DNA of 46,707 nucleotides from Eubacteriales bacterium (GCA_045603925.1 JAZUNB010000105.1:1-46707), one strand, 5' to 3'; shown: positions 37,231-46,605, numbered from the stretch's first letter. The notes: a model not told the origin generated them from the letters alone. Translations and numbers: made by a program.

Positions 37231-37860
37231 TTATTCCACAAAGTTTTCTTCGAAGCACTCCAGCCAAGCCCGCTTGAGCAGCTCCTTGCCGGCGTTCTTG
37301 GCGTGAACACCGTCGGTAGCCCAGTCCCCATCGGGGTATTGGGCAACCGCCTCATCAAATCGGGTCAGCATATCCACAAAGGGCAGGCCGAATTTTTCGG
37401 CGATCCCCTTGGCGGCTGCTGCCTTTTCCTCCACACCGGAGCGGAATTCTTCCCATTTTTCCTCGGTGGCGGTGCCCTTGATCACATAGGGGCCGATGAT
37501 CATGATCTTGATATCGGGCAGAGCCTCTTGGATCTCCCGCAGCATCATCTCATAAAGCAGTTCATACTTTTCGGTGGAAACGCCATTTTGATGGTTGACC
37601 TCATGCCATACATCGTTGACACCGATCATAATGCTCATCATATCCGGCGCCAGATTGATGATATCCTTTTTAATACGGGCATAAACATCCACAATACGGT
37701 TGCCGCTGATGCCTTTATTGATGCATTCATATTGACCGGGATACTCCCCACACAGATAGCAACCCACCAGATTGGCATAACCGCCGCCTAAACTATAAAA
37801 GCTCTCGCGGTTTCTGCCGCAATCGGTAATGGAATCACCTTGAAATAAGATCCTTTTCAT
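37231..37860 (-). CDS. SGNH/GDSL hydrolase
   Basis: FQGDSITD, KGISGN, IGVND, DGVH. Confidence 0.9.
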   Translation of the reverse strand: MKRILFQGDSITDCGRNRESFYSLGGGYANLVGCYLCGEYPGQYECINKGISGNRIVDVYARIKKDIINLAPDMMSIMIGVNDVWHEVNHQNGVSTEKYELLYEMMLREIQEALPDIKIMIIGPYVIKGTATEEKWEEFRSGVEEKAAAAKGIAEKFGLPFVDMLTRFDEAVAQYPDGDWATDGVHAKNAGKELLKRAWLECFEENFVE

Positions 37861-38550
37861 TTAATCTACCCCTCTTAATTCTGCAACGGGAAGGATCTCC
37901 TGTACTGCCTTGAGATATTGGTGCATCTCCGCGTAGGTAGGCGCAGTCAGCGCCTTGGGCACCTGCTCGGAGGGCTTGAACTGCTGCAGGAAATAGCGCT
38001 TGGCGCCTTGAAGCCACTCGGCGATGGCGCGCAGCTCCTCTTCCCCATGGTATTCGCTGACAACGGTGGTACGGAATTCATACTCCACCTTGCCGCTCTT
38101 TAAGTATTCGATGCTCTCCCGAATGGCCGCAAGATCCAGCTTTAAAAAGCCGACCGTCTCGCCGTAGCGCCCGGGCGCATTCTTCACATCCATGGCCACA
38201 TAATCCAGAAGCCCTTCCTCCACCAACGCTTTTAAGCGCTCGGGGAAGCAACCGTTGGTATCCAGCTTCACCCCATAGCCCATCTCCTTGATCTTACGGA
38301 TCAGGGCAGGCAGCTCCCGCTGCATCAGCGGTTCCCCGCCGGTAAAGCAAACTCCGTCCAACAGCCCCTTGCGGCTCTCTAAGAAGGAAAGAAGCTCTTC
38401 CTCCTCCATCAGCGGCTCTGCAAGGCCCTTGGCAAGGGCAAAATTATGGCAAAAGGGACAGCGGAAGTTACAGCCGTTTAAAAAAACCGTGCAAGCGGTT
38501 TTGCCGGGAAAATCCAGCAAAGTCAGTTTTTGCAGGCCTGCAATGGTCAT
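37861..38550 (-). CDS. nrdG: Anaerobic RNR activating radical-SAM protein
   Basis: Start MTIAGLQK after AGGAGG; CNFRCPFCHN, TGGEP, KLDTNG, EFRTT. Confidence 0.92.
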   Translation of the reverse strand: MTIAGLQKLTLLDFPGKTACTVFLNGCNFRCPFCHNFALAKGLAEPLMEEEELLSFLESRKGLLDGVCFTGGEPLMQRELPALIRKIKEMGYGVKLDTNGCFPERLKALVEEGLLDYVAMDVKNAPGRYGETVGFLKLDLAAIRESIEYLKSGKVEYEFRTTVVSEYHGEEELRAIAEWLQGAKRYFLQQFKPSEQVPKALTAPTYAEMHQYLKAVQEILPVAELRGVD

Positions 38551-38564
38551 TTTCGGTTCCTTCC

Positions 38565-38685
38565 TCCTATATCTTGTGGTCGCCATAGTGGTGCAGATAA
38601 CATTCTATCACAAGATATAGTCGATGTCAATACAAAAAGACACAATATCTTTTGTTTTTATTTTTTTCAAAACACAACATATAGT
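38565..38685. promoter_or_regulatory. Four NrdR boxes
   Basis: CCTATATCTTGTG (38566-78), CACAAGATATAGT (38609-21), CACAATATCTTTTG (38641-54), CACAACATATAGT (38673-85); the last three are 32 bp apart. Confidence 0.8.
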
Positions 38686-38732
38686 AATACTAAAATTCAT
38701 GAAAATTGACCAATTTCTTCATTATTATATAT

Positions 38733-38768
38733 AAAAAAGCCTCCGTTGCGGCTTGCAACGGAGGCTTA
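38733..38768 (-). terminator. Intrinsic terminator
   Basis: AAGCCTCCGTTGC-GGCTT-GCAACGGAGGCTT with a U-tract on the minus strand. Confidence 0.75.
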
Positions 38769-38779
38769 TAAAACCTTAT

Positions 38780-38944
38780 TCAGTCCTCGGATTCTTCGGT
38801 AAAATCGGTCTCAAAGGAAAGATTTGCAGGGGCGATCTGAGCCTTTTTCTTTTCCAGATGCTTCAGCACCAAAAGAACGGTTGCAACCGCGGCGGCTACC
38901 GCCAAAATAACCGATACCAATACAATGATCTGATTCTTCTTCAA
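38780..38944 (-). CDS. Small single-pass membrane protein, hypothetical
   Basis: TTG start after AAAGGGG; KKNQIIVLVSVILAVAAAVATVLLVLKH TM helix, acidic tail; followed by a terminator. Confidence 0.6.
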   Translation of the reverse strand: MKKNQIIVLVSVILAVAAAVATVLLVLKHLEKKKAQIAPANLSFETDFTEESED

Positions 38945-38994
38945 TGAGAACACCCCTTTCTTTTCTTTCAGTTTATCATAGGAAGGATAAAAAA

Positions 38995-39432
38995 TCAATC
39001 CCGTTCTTTAAAAATTAAGAATTGATAGAGCAGGAAGCAGGCGATCTCATATAAGGCCTGCAATATATATTTGATGACCATGGCATAGCCCAGCCAAGAG
39101 GCTAAAAAGAGGGTCAGATAATTGACAGCCAGGGTCAATACCACCAGGCTCATAAAGGCGATCATTCCCTGGCGGGCGGTATAGAAAAAGCCGCTGCCCC
39201 CTTCGTTATAGGCCCAATATTTCAATACGGTAAATAAAATGAGATGCCGAAGGGCAAAAGCAAGGAGCTCTCCGCCGGAGAGAAACCGCTTCAGCAGAAA
39301 TTCCAAAAGGCCGGTCACCAAAGCGGCAATGATATACCGCAACACCTCGGTGCGGTGGGCCATCAGATAATCATAAAACCGATCCGCCGCCTCATGGGGC
39401 TTGCGGGTCTTCAAAGACTTTGCCAAAACCAA
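38995..39432 (-). CDS. GtrA-like four-TM membrane protein
   Basis: EVLRYIIAALVT...FLLYQFLIFK pattern typical of GtrA-like proteins. Confidence 0.55.
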   Translation of the reverse strand: MVLAKSLKTRKPHEAADRFYDYLMAHRTEVLRYIIAALVTGLLEFLLKRFLSGGELLAFALRHLILFTVLKYWAYNEGGSGFFYTARQGMIAFMSLVVLTLAVNYLTLFLASWLGYAMVIKYILQALYEIACFLLYQFLIFKERD

Positions 39433-39485
39433 TCACTTCCTTTTTATATAGTATAGCACACCCGCGAAAAAAAGGAAACCTTTAT

Positions 39486-39514
39486 TTGACTTTTTCTTTT
39501 GAAAAGAGTATACT
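39486..39514 (+). promoter_or_regulatory. Sigma-A-type promoter of mrp
   Basis: TTGACT, 17 bp spacer, TATACT. Confidence 0.6.
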
Positions 39515-39549
39515 ATCCAAGACTATCAATTCAAAGGAAGTGTTTTAAA

Positions 39550-40374
39550 ATGGGTTGCACCCACGATTGCGGAAGCTGCTCCTCCAACTGTGCAGGAAAC
39601 GCAAAAGAAAAAGAAAGCCTCATCGAAAAGCCCCACGACCTGACCTCGGTGAAAAAGATCATCGGCATTGTCAGCGGCAAGGGCGGAGTCGGCAAAAGTA
39701 TGATCACCTCCCTGATGGCGGTTGCCATGCAGAGAAGAGGATATAAGACCGCCGTTTTAGATGCGGATATTACCGGCCCCTCCATCCCCAAGGCCTTCGG
39801 TCTTTCGGGCAAGCGGGCGGAAAGCGACGGAACTGCCATCTATCCGGTGGAATCCAAGATGGGGACCCAGATCATGTCGCTGAATCTGCTGCTGGAGGAT
39901 GAGAAGTCCCCTGTTGTTTGGCGGGGACCGGTCATTGCCGGCGCTGTCAAGCAGTTCTGGACCGATGTGGTGTGGAATGATGTGGATTATATGTTTGTGG
40001 ATATGCCTCCCGGCACCGGGGATGTTCCTCTTACGGTATTCCAATCCCTGCCGGTAGACGGGATCATTGTTGTGACCTCTCCCCAGGATCTGGTCTCTAT
40101 GATCGTGACCAAGGCGGTGAAGATGGCCAAGATGATGAATATTCCTATTTTGGGCATTGTGGAAAACTACAGTTATCTGTCCTGCCCCGATTGCGGCAAG
40201 AAGATCAACGTTTTCGGCGAGAGCCATGTCCATGAGGTTGCCGAGCAAAACGACCTTACGGTTCTAGCCCAGCTGCCCATCGATCCCGAATTAGCATCCC
40301 TTTGCGATAAAGGGATGATCGAGCTCCATGAATGCGATGCCTTGGAGGCCATTGCCGATCAATTGGAAAAATAA
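39550..40374 (+). CDS. mrp: Mrp/NBP35 (ApbC) Fe-S cluster carrier ATPase
   Basis: N-terminal CTHDCGSCSSNC, SGKGGVGKS, DADITGPS, WRGP, DMPPGTGD, CPDC. Confidence 0.92.
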   Translation: MGCTHDCGSCSSNCAGNAKEKESLIEKPHDLTSVKKIIGIVSGKGGVGKSMITSLMAVAMQRRGYKTAVLDADITGPSIPKAFGLSGKRAESDGTAIYPVESKMGTQIMSLNLLLEDEKSPVVWRGPVIAGAVKQFWTDVVWNDVDYMFVDMPPGTGDVPLTVFQSLPVDGIIVVTSPQDLVSMIVTKAVKMAKMMNIPILGIVENYSYLSCPDCGKKINVFGESHVHEVAEQNDLTVLAQLPIDPELASLCDKGMIELHECDALEAIADQLEK

Positions 40375-40382
40375 TCTTTTTT

Positions 40383-40413
40383 AATAACCACCCGCAAGGG
40401 TGGTTATTTTTTT
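40383..40413 (+). terminator. Intrinsic terminator
   Basis: AATAACCACCC-GCAA-GGGTGGTTATT followed by a T tract. Confidence 0.8.
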
Positions 40414-40451
40414 CTCTTTTGCCAAAACTAAAGAGAAAGGAGTTGATTGGC

Positions 40452-41315
40452 TTGAACATTCCATCGGATCTGATGATCGAGCAATTGGAGATGGCGAAAA
40501 TGGCCCTGCCCAAGGGCATCCGCAACGAAGTAAAAAAACGGAAGCACTGCACCCTCACCGAGGTGATCATTGAAGATCAGGAGGGCGCCGAGGCCCTGGG
40601 GCGGGAGATGGGGCGCTACCTGACCTTAGAAACCGAAAAGACCTACGAGATCGGGGAGCCTGCCTTTGAGGAGATCGCAGGAATTCTGGCGGAGCGGCTT
40701 CACACCATGCTGGGAGAGAAAAAACGGGTCCTGATCTTAGGCATCGGCAACCCCAACATTACCCCCGACAGTCTGGGCGCCAAAACGGTGGAGCGGCTGA
40801 TGGTGACCCGCCCCCTCTCGCCTCTGCCCAAGCATTATACCGCGGTCAGCGCCGCCACCGCGCCGGTCTATGGCATCAGCGGCATCGAAAGCGCGGAGAT
40901 GGCCCAGGGGCTGACCCGTGTTTTACAGCCGGAGGCAGTGATCCTCATCGATGCTATGGCCACCGGTACCCTGGAGCGCCTTTGCAAGACCATTCAATTG
41001 GCCGATTCGGGGCTGACCCCCGGCGGCGGGGTGGACAACGCCCGCAAGGAGATCTCCGCCGCCACCTTAGGAGTCCCCGTTTTCTCCATCGGAATGCCCA
41101 CGGTGGTGGATTGCCGGGTTTTGCTCCGTCATGTACTGGCAGATGAATGGGAACAATACGGTGTAAAATTACACCCCTATGAAGAAAGCCTCATTGCCAC
41201 CCCTCGCCAGATGGAGGCCGCCACCGATATGGGCGCCAAGATCATTGCCTTTGCCCTCAACAAGGCCCTCCACGGAAATTTATCCACCGAAGAGATCTTA
41301 AAGTATTTATACTGA
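40452..41315 (+). CDS. gpr: Germination protease (SASP-degrading endopeptidase)
   Basis: TTG start after AAAGGAG; GRYLTLE, GIGNPNITPDSLG, ILIDAMA, TIQLADSGLTPGGGV, LGVPVFSIGMPTVVD; lies upstream of spoIIP. Confidence 0.88.
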   Translation: MNIPSDLMIEQLEMAKMALPKGIRNEVKKRKHCTLTEVIIEDQEGAEALGREMGRYLTLETEKTYEIGEPAFEEIAGILAERLHTMLGEKKRVLILGIGNPNITPDSLGAKTVERLMVTRPLSPLPKHYTAVSAATAPVYGISGIESAEMAQGLTRVLQPEAVILIDAMATGTLERLCKTIQLADSGLTPGGGVDNARKEISAATLGVPVFSIGMPTVVDCRVLLRHVLADEWEQYGVKLHPYEESLIATPRQMEAATDMGAKIIAFALNKALHGNLSTEEILKYLY

Positions 41316-41331
41316 CGGGCGGGCATATTCT
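41305..41331 (+). promoter_or_regulatory. Possible sigma-E promoter for spoIIP
   Basis: ATT, 16 bp, CATATTCT resembles the ATa-N16/18-CATAcanT consensus. Confidence 0.35.
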
Positions 41332-41345
41332 TTTATAGAAAGGAT

Positions 41346-42377
41346 GTGACCCCTAAGATGCAAAAATGGATAAGCATTCTGCTGGCGGTGGTTCTTTGCC
41401 TCACCGGTGGATTTTTTTGGAAAAGCTGGCTGCCGGAGGTGGCGGAATTCACCCTGCGGACCGCGGGCGGCCGATCGGCGCGGCAGATGACCCTTACTCT
41501 CTTGAAATATACCGACCCCCTGATGCGGGAGATCGGGCGGTATATGGTACCGGAGTTTACCGAATCGCTGAACGAAAGCTTTTTATATTTTGCCAAGGCG
41601 CAGGCGGAAGAGGAATTGCCCGAGGATGACTCAGTCAAGGCTGCCAATCTTTCCGCTCTTTCGGGCACCTACCATCAGATCGACGGCACCGCAGTGGCCA
41701 ACGCCACCGACTATGATATTACCGCCCAATTAAATGCCGCTGTTGAGATGCCCGTCTTTACCCCCGGGGCGCCTGCCATCCTCATTTATCATACCCATAC
41801 CACCGAATGCTATCGCAACAGCCAAGGCATCAGCAATACCCCCGATGAGAGCCAAAATGTGGTGGCGGTGGGCAAGGCCATGAAGGCCGTCTTTGAGGCG
41901 GCGGGCTACCCCACCATCCATCTGACTGAGATCTATAACGAGGATTTCGGTAACGCCTATACCACCTCTCGCGCCGCAGCCGAAAAGATCTTAGAGCAAT
42001 ACCCCACCATTCAGGTGGTTTTAGATATCCATCGGGATGCCATCAGCAGCAACGGCATTGATTACTACCCCGTAACCGAAGTAAACGGGCGGCAGGCGGC
42101 GCAGATCATGCCGGTTTGCGGTACCGATGCCAAGGGGCTTTCCCATCCCCATTGGCGCAAAAACTTTACTTATGCCCTCGCCCTCTCCCGCAAGATGGGC
42201 GCCCTTTACGGGGAGCTTTCCCGACCGGTCAATCTGCGGCGGGATCGGTTCAATACCCATTTTACCCCCTATTCCCTGCTTTTGGAGGTGGGCAGTGCCG
42301 CCAACACCTTAGAGCAGGCGGTCTACGGCGGAGAGCTGACCGCCAAAGCCATGATCGCACTATGGAATAATTCTTGA
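41346..42377 (+). CDS. spoIIP: Stage II sporulation protein P (amidase/endopeptidase)
   Basis: ILIYHTHTTECY, LDIHRDA, LLLEVG...NTLEQA; GTG start. Confidence 0.9.
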   Translation: MTPKMQKWISILLAVVLCLTGGFFWKSWLPEVAEFTLRTAGGRSARQMTLTLLKYTDPLMREIGRYMVPEFTESLNESFLYFAKAQAEEELPEDDSVKAANLSALSGTYHQIDGTAVANATDYDITAQLNAAVEMPVFTPGAPAILIYHTHTTECYRNSQGISNTPDESQNVVAVGKAMKAVFEAAGYPTIHLTEIYNEDFGNAYTTSRAAAEKILEQYPTIQVVLDIHRDAISSNGIDYYPVTEVNGRQAAQIMPVCGTDAKGLSHPHWRKNFTYALALSRKMGALYGELSRPVNLRRDRFNTHFTPYSLLLEVGSAANTLEQAVYGGELTAKAMIALWNNS

Positions 42378-42402
42378 TTATGGAAAAAATTTGTACTATA
42401 AT
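42374..42402 (+). promoter_or_regulatory. Sigma-A-type promoter of iscS-thiI
   Basis: TTGATT, 17 bp spacer, TATAAT. Confidence 0.6.
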
Positions 42403-42431
42403 GTAAGTACTAACGTATTAAGAGGTATAAA

Positions 42432-43544
42432 ATGATCTATTTAGACAACAGCGCCACTACCCGCCCCTATGAGGCGGTAACGGCGCTGATCGCCAAGGAG
42501 GAGCAGGAGCACTTTGCCAATGCCTCCGCCCTCTATGCCCCTGCCATCCGCTCCGAGGAGGGGATCCGGGCGGCAAAGACCGCCATCGCCGCCGCTCTTC
42601 ATTGCGCTCCGGATGAGGTATTGATCACCACCGGCGGCACCTATTCCAATAACTTTGCCGTAATCGGCGGCGCCCTTGCCCGCAAGCGGATGGGCAATCG
42701 GGTGGTACTGACCAAGGTGGAGCATCCCAGCGTTTACGCCTGCGGGGCGGTTTTGGAGGAGCAGGGCTTTGAAGTCCTCTATACCGATCCCACCATAGAG
42801 AGCATCGGTGAGGCCATCAACGAAAAAACGGTGATGGTGGCGGTGATGATGGTCAATAATGAGATCGGCCAGCATCTGCCGGTAGAGCGGATCGCAGGGA
42901 TCATCAAGCGCAAAAAAGCGCCCGCTCATTTTCATATCGACGGAGTGCAGGCCTTCTGCAAGATCCCAACCAATGTGCAGACCTTAAAATGCGACAGTTT
43001 TTCCATCTCCTCCCATAAGATCAAAGGCCCCAAGGGCATCGGCGCCCTTTATCTCAAAAAAGGGGTGCGGCTGAAAAACATCTTAGTGGGCGGCGATCAG
43101 GAAAAAGGAATGGTTCCCGGCACCTATAACAGCCCTGCGGCGGCAGGCTTTGCCAAAGCCATTGAGCTTTACCGCGGCGAGGATCTTTCCCGTTTTGAAG
43201 CCCTGCGGCAGCGGTTTCTCGCGCGGGCAGCGGAATTGCCTTTTCTGCAGATCAACTCCCCTGCCGACGGTGTCCCCTATATCCTCAATATCTCTACCAT
43301 CGGTTACTTAGGCGAGAATGTTTTGCATTTTCTCGAGGAAAAAGAGATCTATGTTTCCCAAGGCTCTGCCTGCTCCTCCAAAAAGGCGCGCAGTCATTCG
43401 GTTCTGGGGCGGCTGGGTCATAATGAGCAGACCGTCATGGGGGCCCTGCGCATCAGCTTCGGCATTGAAAACACCTTGGAAGAGGTGGATACCCTGATGG
43501 ATGCCCTCTCGGAGGTCCCTGCAAAAATCCAGAAACTATATTAA
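42432..43544 (+). CDS. Cysteine desulfurase (IscS/NifS family; ThiI sulfur donor)
   Basis: IYLDNSATT, VNNEIG, DGVQ, SSHKIKGPKG (PLP Lys), GSACSS. Confidence 0.93.
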   Translation: MIYLDNSATTRPYEAVTALIAKEEQEHFANASALYAPAIRSEEGIRAAKTAIAAALHCAPDEVLITTGGTYSNNFAVIGGALARKRMGNRVVLTKVEHPSVYACGAVLEEQGFEVLYTDPTIESIGEAINEKTVMVAVMMVNNEIGQHLPVERIAGIIKRKKAPAHFHIDGVQAFCKIPTNVQTLKCDSFSISSHKIKGPKGIGALYLKKGVRLKNILVGGDQEKGMVPGTYNSPAAAGFAKAIELYRGEDLSRFEALRQRFLARAAELPFLQINSPADGVPYILNISTIGYLGENVLHFLEEKEIYVSQGSACSSKKARSHSVLGRLGHNEQTVMGALRISFGIENTLEEVDTLMDALSEVPAKIQKLY

Positions 43545-43560
43545 GGAAGTAAAAAACACC

Positions 43561-44724
43561 ATGCAACAAATGATTTTGGCAAAATGCGGCGAGATCGTAT
43601 TAAAGGGTCTCAACCGCAGTTATTTCGATCAGGTCTTATTGAAAAACATCAAGGATTCCCTCAAAGGACTGGGGGCTTTTGATATCCGCCTTGCCCAATC
43701 CACCATCTACATTCAGTCTTTGGAAGAGGCCGATATGGATGAGGCCTATGAACGGATCAAAAAGGTCTTCGGTCTGGCGGCGGTCTGCAAGGCCTATATG
43801 TGCGAGAAGGATATGGACTCCATCGCCGCTTTGGCAAGAGAATGCCTTGCCGATACGATGGAGGAATTCAACACCTTCAAGGTGGAAGCCAAGCGCAGTG
43901 ATAAGCGGTTCCCCTTGAAATCCCCCGAGATCTGCAATGAGATCGGCGGCGTTCTTTTAGAGACCTTCCCCCATCTTCGGGTGGATGTGCACCATCCCGA
44001 GGTGACCGTTACCGTGGAGGTGCGGGACTTCGGGGCATACATCCATGCAGTAAGAGAGCCCGGTGCCGGCGGAATGCCCTATCGCTCCAACGGCAGCGCC
44101 GCTCTCCTGCTCTCCGGCGGCATCGACAGCCCTGTTGCGGGCTATATGATGGCCAAGCGGGGCGTCAAGCTGACCGGCATCCATTTCTTCAGCCCGCCCT
44201 ATACCGGCGAGCGCGCCAAGCAGAAGGTTCTGGAGCTGGCAAGCATTATGCGTAATTACTGCCCCGCCATGAAGGTGGCGGTCGTGCATTTTACCGAGGC
44301 TCAGGAAGCCATCCGCGACCATTGCAAGGAGGAATTCTTCACCGTGATCATGCGGCGGATGATGATGCGGGTGGCGGAAAAAATCGCCTACAAGCGCCAC
44401 TGCGGCGCGCTGATCACCGGCGAAAGCTTAGGGCAGGTGGCTTCCCAGACCATGGACGCTTTGCACCTGACCGACAGTGTGACCGATGCTCTGATCCTGC
44501 GCCCGCTCATCGGCATGGATAAAGAAGAGATCGTTAAGATCTCCCGTAAGATCGGAACCTTTGAGACCTCCATTCAGCCTTATGAGGATTGCTGCACCGT
44601 TTTCACCCCCAAGCATCCCCGCACCAAGCCGGTTTTGCGGGATATCCTCAAGGAAGAAGCCAAGCTGGATATTGAAGGCTTGGTGGAGCGCTGTATGGAA
44701 CGAATCGAAATTGTGGAGGAATAA
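43561..44724 (+). CDS. thiI: tRNA 4-thiouridine synthase
   Basis: GEIVLKGLNR, THUMP domain, SGGIDSPVA PP-loop, GESLGQVASQT, EDCC. Confidence 0.95.
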   Translation: MQQMILAKCGEIVLKGLNRSYFDQVLLKNIKDSLKGLGAFDIRLAQSTIYIQSLEEADMDEAYERIKKVFGLAAVCKAYMCEKDMDSIAALARECLADTMEEFNTFKVEAKRSDKRFPLKSPEICNEIGGVLLETFPHLRVDVHHPEVTVTVEVRDFGAYIHAVREPGAGGMPYRSNGSAALLLSGGIDSPVAGYMMAKRGVKLTGIHFFSPPYTGERAKQKVLELASIMRNYCPAMKVAVVHFTEAQEAIRDHCKEEFFTVIMRRMMMRVAEKIAYKRHCGALITGESLGQVASQTMDALHLTDSVTDALILRPLIGMDKEEIVKISRKIGTFETSIQPYEDCCTVFTPKHPRTKPVLRDILKEEAKLDIEGLVERCMERIEIVEE

Positions 44725-44727
44725 CCA

Positions 44728-46374
44728 ATGAAAAAAGCAACCTTTAAAACCCATTTGATCTGCATCATCGGCACCCTGCTGTTTGCTGCAGCCAACTTTT
44801 ATGTGACCCTGCCTGCTCTGAATATCCATTCCGCAGGGCTTCTGGGCTTTATTATCAGCCTTTGCGTATGCTACGGCATTTTGTTTCTGCTGCTGACCGC
44901 CCGGCGGAAGATCACCCAGGTTAAGACGGTCGAGATCAAAGGGCTGAAGGGGATCCCCGCCACTGTGAAGGTGCTGTTGGGCATTATTGCCCTTTGCATC
45001 ATCGTCGGTCTGGTGGGTACCCTTGCAGGCGCCCAGATCTTCAACGCCAAGCGCTATCGGGAGCTTCTGACGGTGGAGGAAGGAAACTTCACCGAGGATG
45101 TTTCCCGGATCACCTATAATAATATCCCCCGCCTGGATTCCGCCTCTGCCATGCGCCTGGGGGATCGGAAGATGGGCGAGCTTTCGGATATGGTCAGCCA
45201 ATTCGATGTGATGGACAATTATACCCAGATCAACTATCAGGGGCGGCCGGTTCGGGTAACACCGCTGGCTTATGTGGATGTCTTTAAATGGCTCTCCAAT
45301 ATGAAGGACGGTGTCCCCGGCTATCTGATGATCGATATGGTGACCCAGGAGGTGGAACTGATCCGCCTGCCCGAGGGGATGAAATATTCCACCGCCGAGC
45401 ATTTCGGACGCAACCTGGCCCGCCATCTTCGGTTCCAATATCCCACCAAGATCTTTGCCGATCAGACCTTTGAGGTGGATGAGAGCGGTACTCCCTATTG
45501 GATCTGCCCCACCTATGATTTTACCATCGGTCTTTACGGCGGTCGGGATATCAACGGCGCGGTTTTAGTCAATGCTGTTACCGGGGAGCATATCTATTAT
45601 GATGTTTCTGCCATTCCCAGCTGGGTGGATCGGGTCTATAACGCCAATCTGATCATTGAACAATATGATTATTACGGTACCCTCATCAACGGTTTCTGGA
45701 ACTCGGTCTTCGCCCAAAAGGACTGCCGCGTTACCACCGACGGTTACAATTATATGGCCCAGGGCGACGATGTTTATATGTATACCGGCGTCACCAGCAT
45801 GGCCGCCGATGAATCCAACATCGGCTTTATCCTTTGCAACCAGCGCACCAAGGAGACCAAATTCTATGGGGTGCCCGGTGCCGAGGAATACTCCGCTATG
45901 AACTCTGCCCAGGGGCAGGTCCAGGAGATGCGCTATACCTCCACCTTCCCCCTCTTGCTGAATATTGCCAATGAGCCCACCTATTTTGTGGCCCTGAAGG
46001 ATGCTTCGGAATTGGTGAAGATGTATGCTATGGTCAATGTGAGACAGTATCAGCTGGTGGTGGCCGCCGATACGGTGGAAGAATGCGAGAAGCTTTATGT
46101 GGAAAAGCTTTATGAAAACAGCATTTTAGAGGAGGTGCCCGAGGACATCTCCGGTCAGACCACCGTTACCGGCGCCATTCAGTCCATCCGCAGTGCGGTG
46201 GTAGGCGGCAATACCTGCTTCTATTATACGCTGGATGCTATGGAAGGCACCTTCGCCTTGAGCGTTGCCACCGATCAACGGGCGGTGATCCTCAACATCG
46301 GCGATACGGTCACCTTCACTTATGACACCAATAAGACCGAAGAGATCATTACGGTTTTGAAGCTGGAAAAATGA
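44728..46374 (+). CDS. Conserved hypothetical membrane-anchored protein with a large extracellular domain
   Basis: Three N-terminal TM helices followed by a long hydrophilic domain (YWICP, PSWVDRVY); host-like codon usage. Confidence 0.8.
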   Translation: MKKATFKTHLICIIGTLLFAAANFYVTLPALNIHSAGLLGFIISLCVCYGILFLLLTARRKITQVKTVEIKGLKGIPATVKVLLGIIALCIIVGLVGTLAGAQIFNAKRYRELLTVEEGNFTEDVSRITYNNIPRLDSASAMRLGDRKMGELSDMVSQFDVMDNYTQINYQGRPVRVTPLAYVDVFKWLSNMKDGVPGYLMIDMVTQEVELIRLPEGMKYSTAEHFGRNLARHLRFQYPTKIFADQTFEVDESGTPYWICPTYDFTIGLYGGRDINGAVLVNAVTGEHIYYDVSAIPSWVDRVYNANLIIEQYDYYGTLINGFWNSVFAQKDCRVTTDGYNYMAQGDDVYMYTGVTSMAADESNIGFILCNQRTKETKFYGVPGAEEYSAMNSAQGQVQEMRYTSTFPLLLNIANEPTYFVALKDASELVKMYAMVNVRQYQLVVAADTVEECEKLYVEKLYENSILEEVPEDISGQTTVTGAIQSIRSAVVGGNTCFYYTLDAMEGTFALSVATDQRAVILNIGDTVTFTYDTNKTEEIITVLKLEK

Positions 46375-46376
46375 TC

Positions 46377-46411
46377 AATAAAGGGCGGTTTTTACCGCCC
46401 TTTATTTTTTT
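46377..46411 (+). terminator. Intrinsic terminator
   Basis: AATAAAGGGCGGT-TTTT-ACCGCCCTTTATT followed by a T tract. Confidence 0.8.
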
Positions 46412-46432
46412 AAAATTTTTTATAAAAACTGC

Positions 46433-46461
46433 TTGACATTTAAAAGAACTTGCTGTATAAT
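46433..46461 (+). promoter_or_regulatory. Consensus sigma-A promoter of the tRNA gene
   Basis: TTGACA, 17 bp spacer, TATAAT, with an AT-rich upstream tract. Confidence 0.85.
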
Positions 46462-46493
46462 AACATTCGTCGCTTGAGGAAAGCGAAAGAGAT

Positions 46494-46569
46494 GCGGGTG
46501 TAGCTCATCTGGTAGAGCGCAACCTTGCCAAGGTTGAGGTAGCGAGTTCGAGCCTCGTCACCCGCTCCA
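46494..46569 (+). tRNA. tRNA-Gly (GCC)
   Basis: GCGGGTG/CACCCGC acceptor stem, anticodon arm CAACC-TTGCCAA-GGTTG, GTTCGAG T-loop, encoded CCA; 76 nt. Confidence 0.97.
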
Positions 46570-46605
46570 AAAGAACGATTGCGAAAGCAATCGTTCTTTT
46601 CTTTT
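46570..46605 (+). terminator. Intrinsic terminator after the tRNA
   Basis: AAAGAACGATTGC-GAAA-GCAATCGTTCTTT followed by a T tract. Confidence 0.85.

Noticed and set aside
34770-37277. 835-aa plus-strand ORF
   Set aside because: Exact antisense shadow of nrdD caused by codon bias; no RBS or recognisable motif.
40403-40430. Possible sigma-F promoter for gpr (GCCAAAACTA)
   Set aside because: The -10 is plausible, but there is no properly spaced -35 and the region overlaps the terminator T tract.
42111-42113. Pro in SpoIIP QIMPVCG where a hydrophobic residue is expected, considered with the MurE D-to-V change as a sign of codon reassignment
   Set aside because: The two involve unrelated codons, and other conserved motifs translate normally with the standard code; they are point variants or consensus errors.
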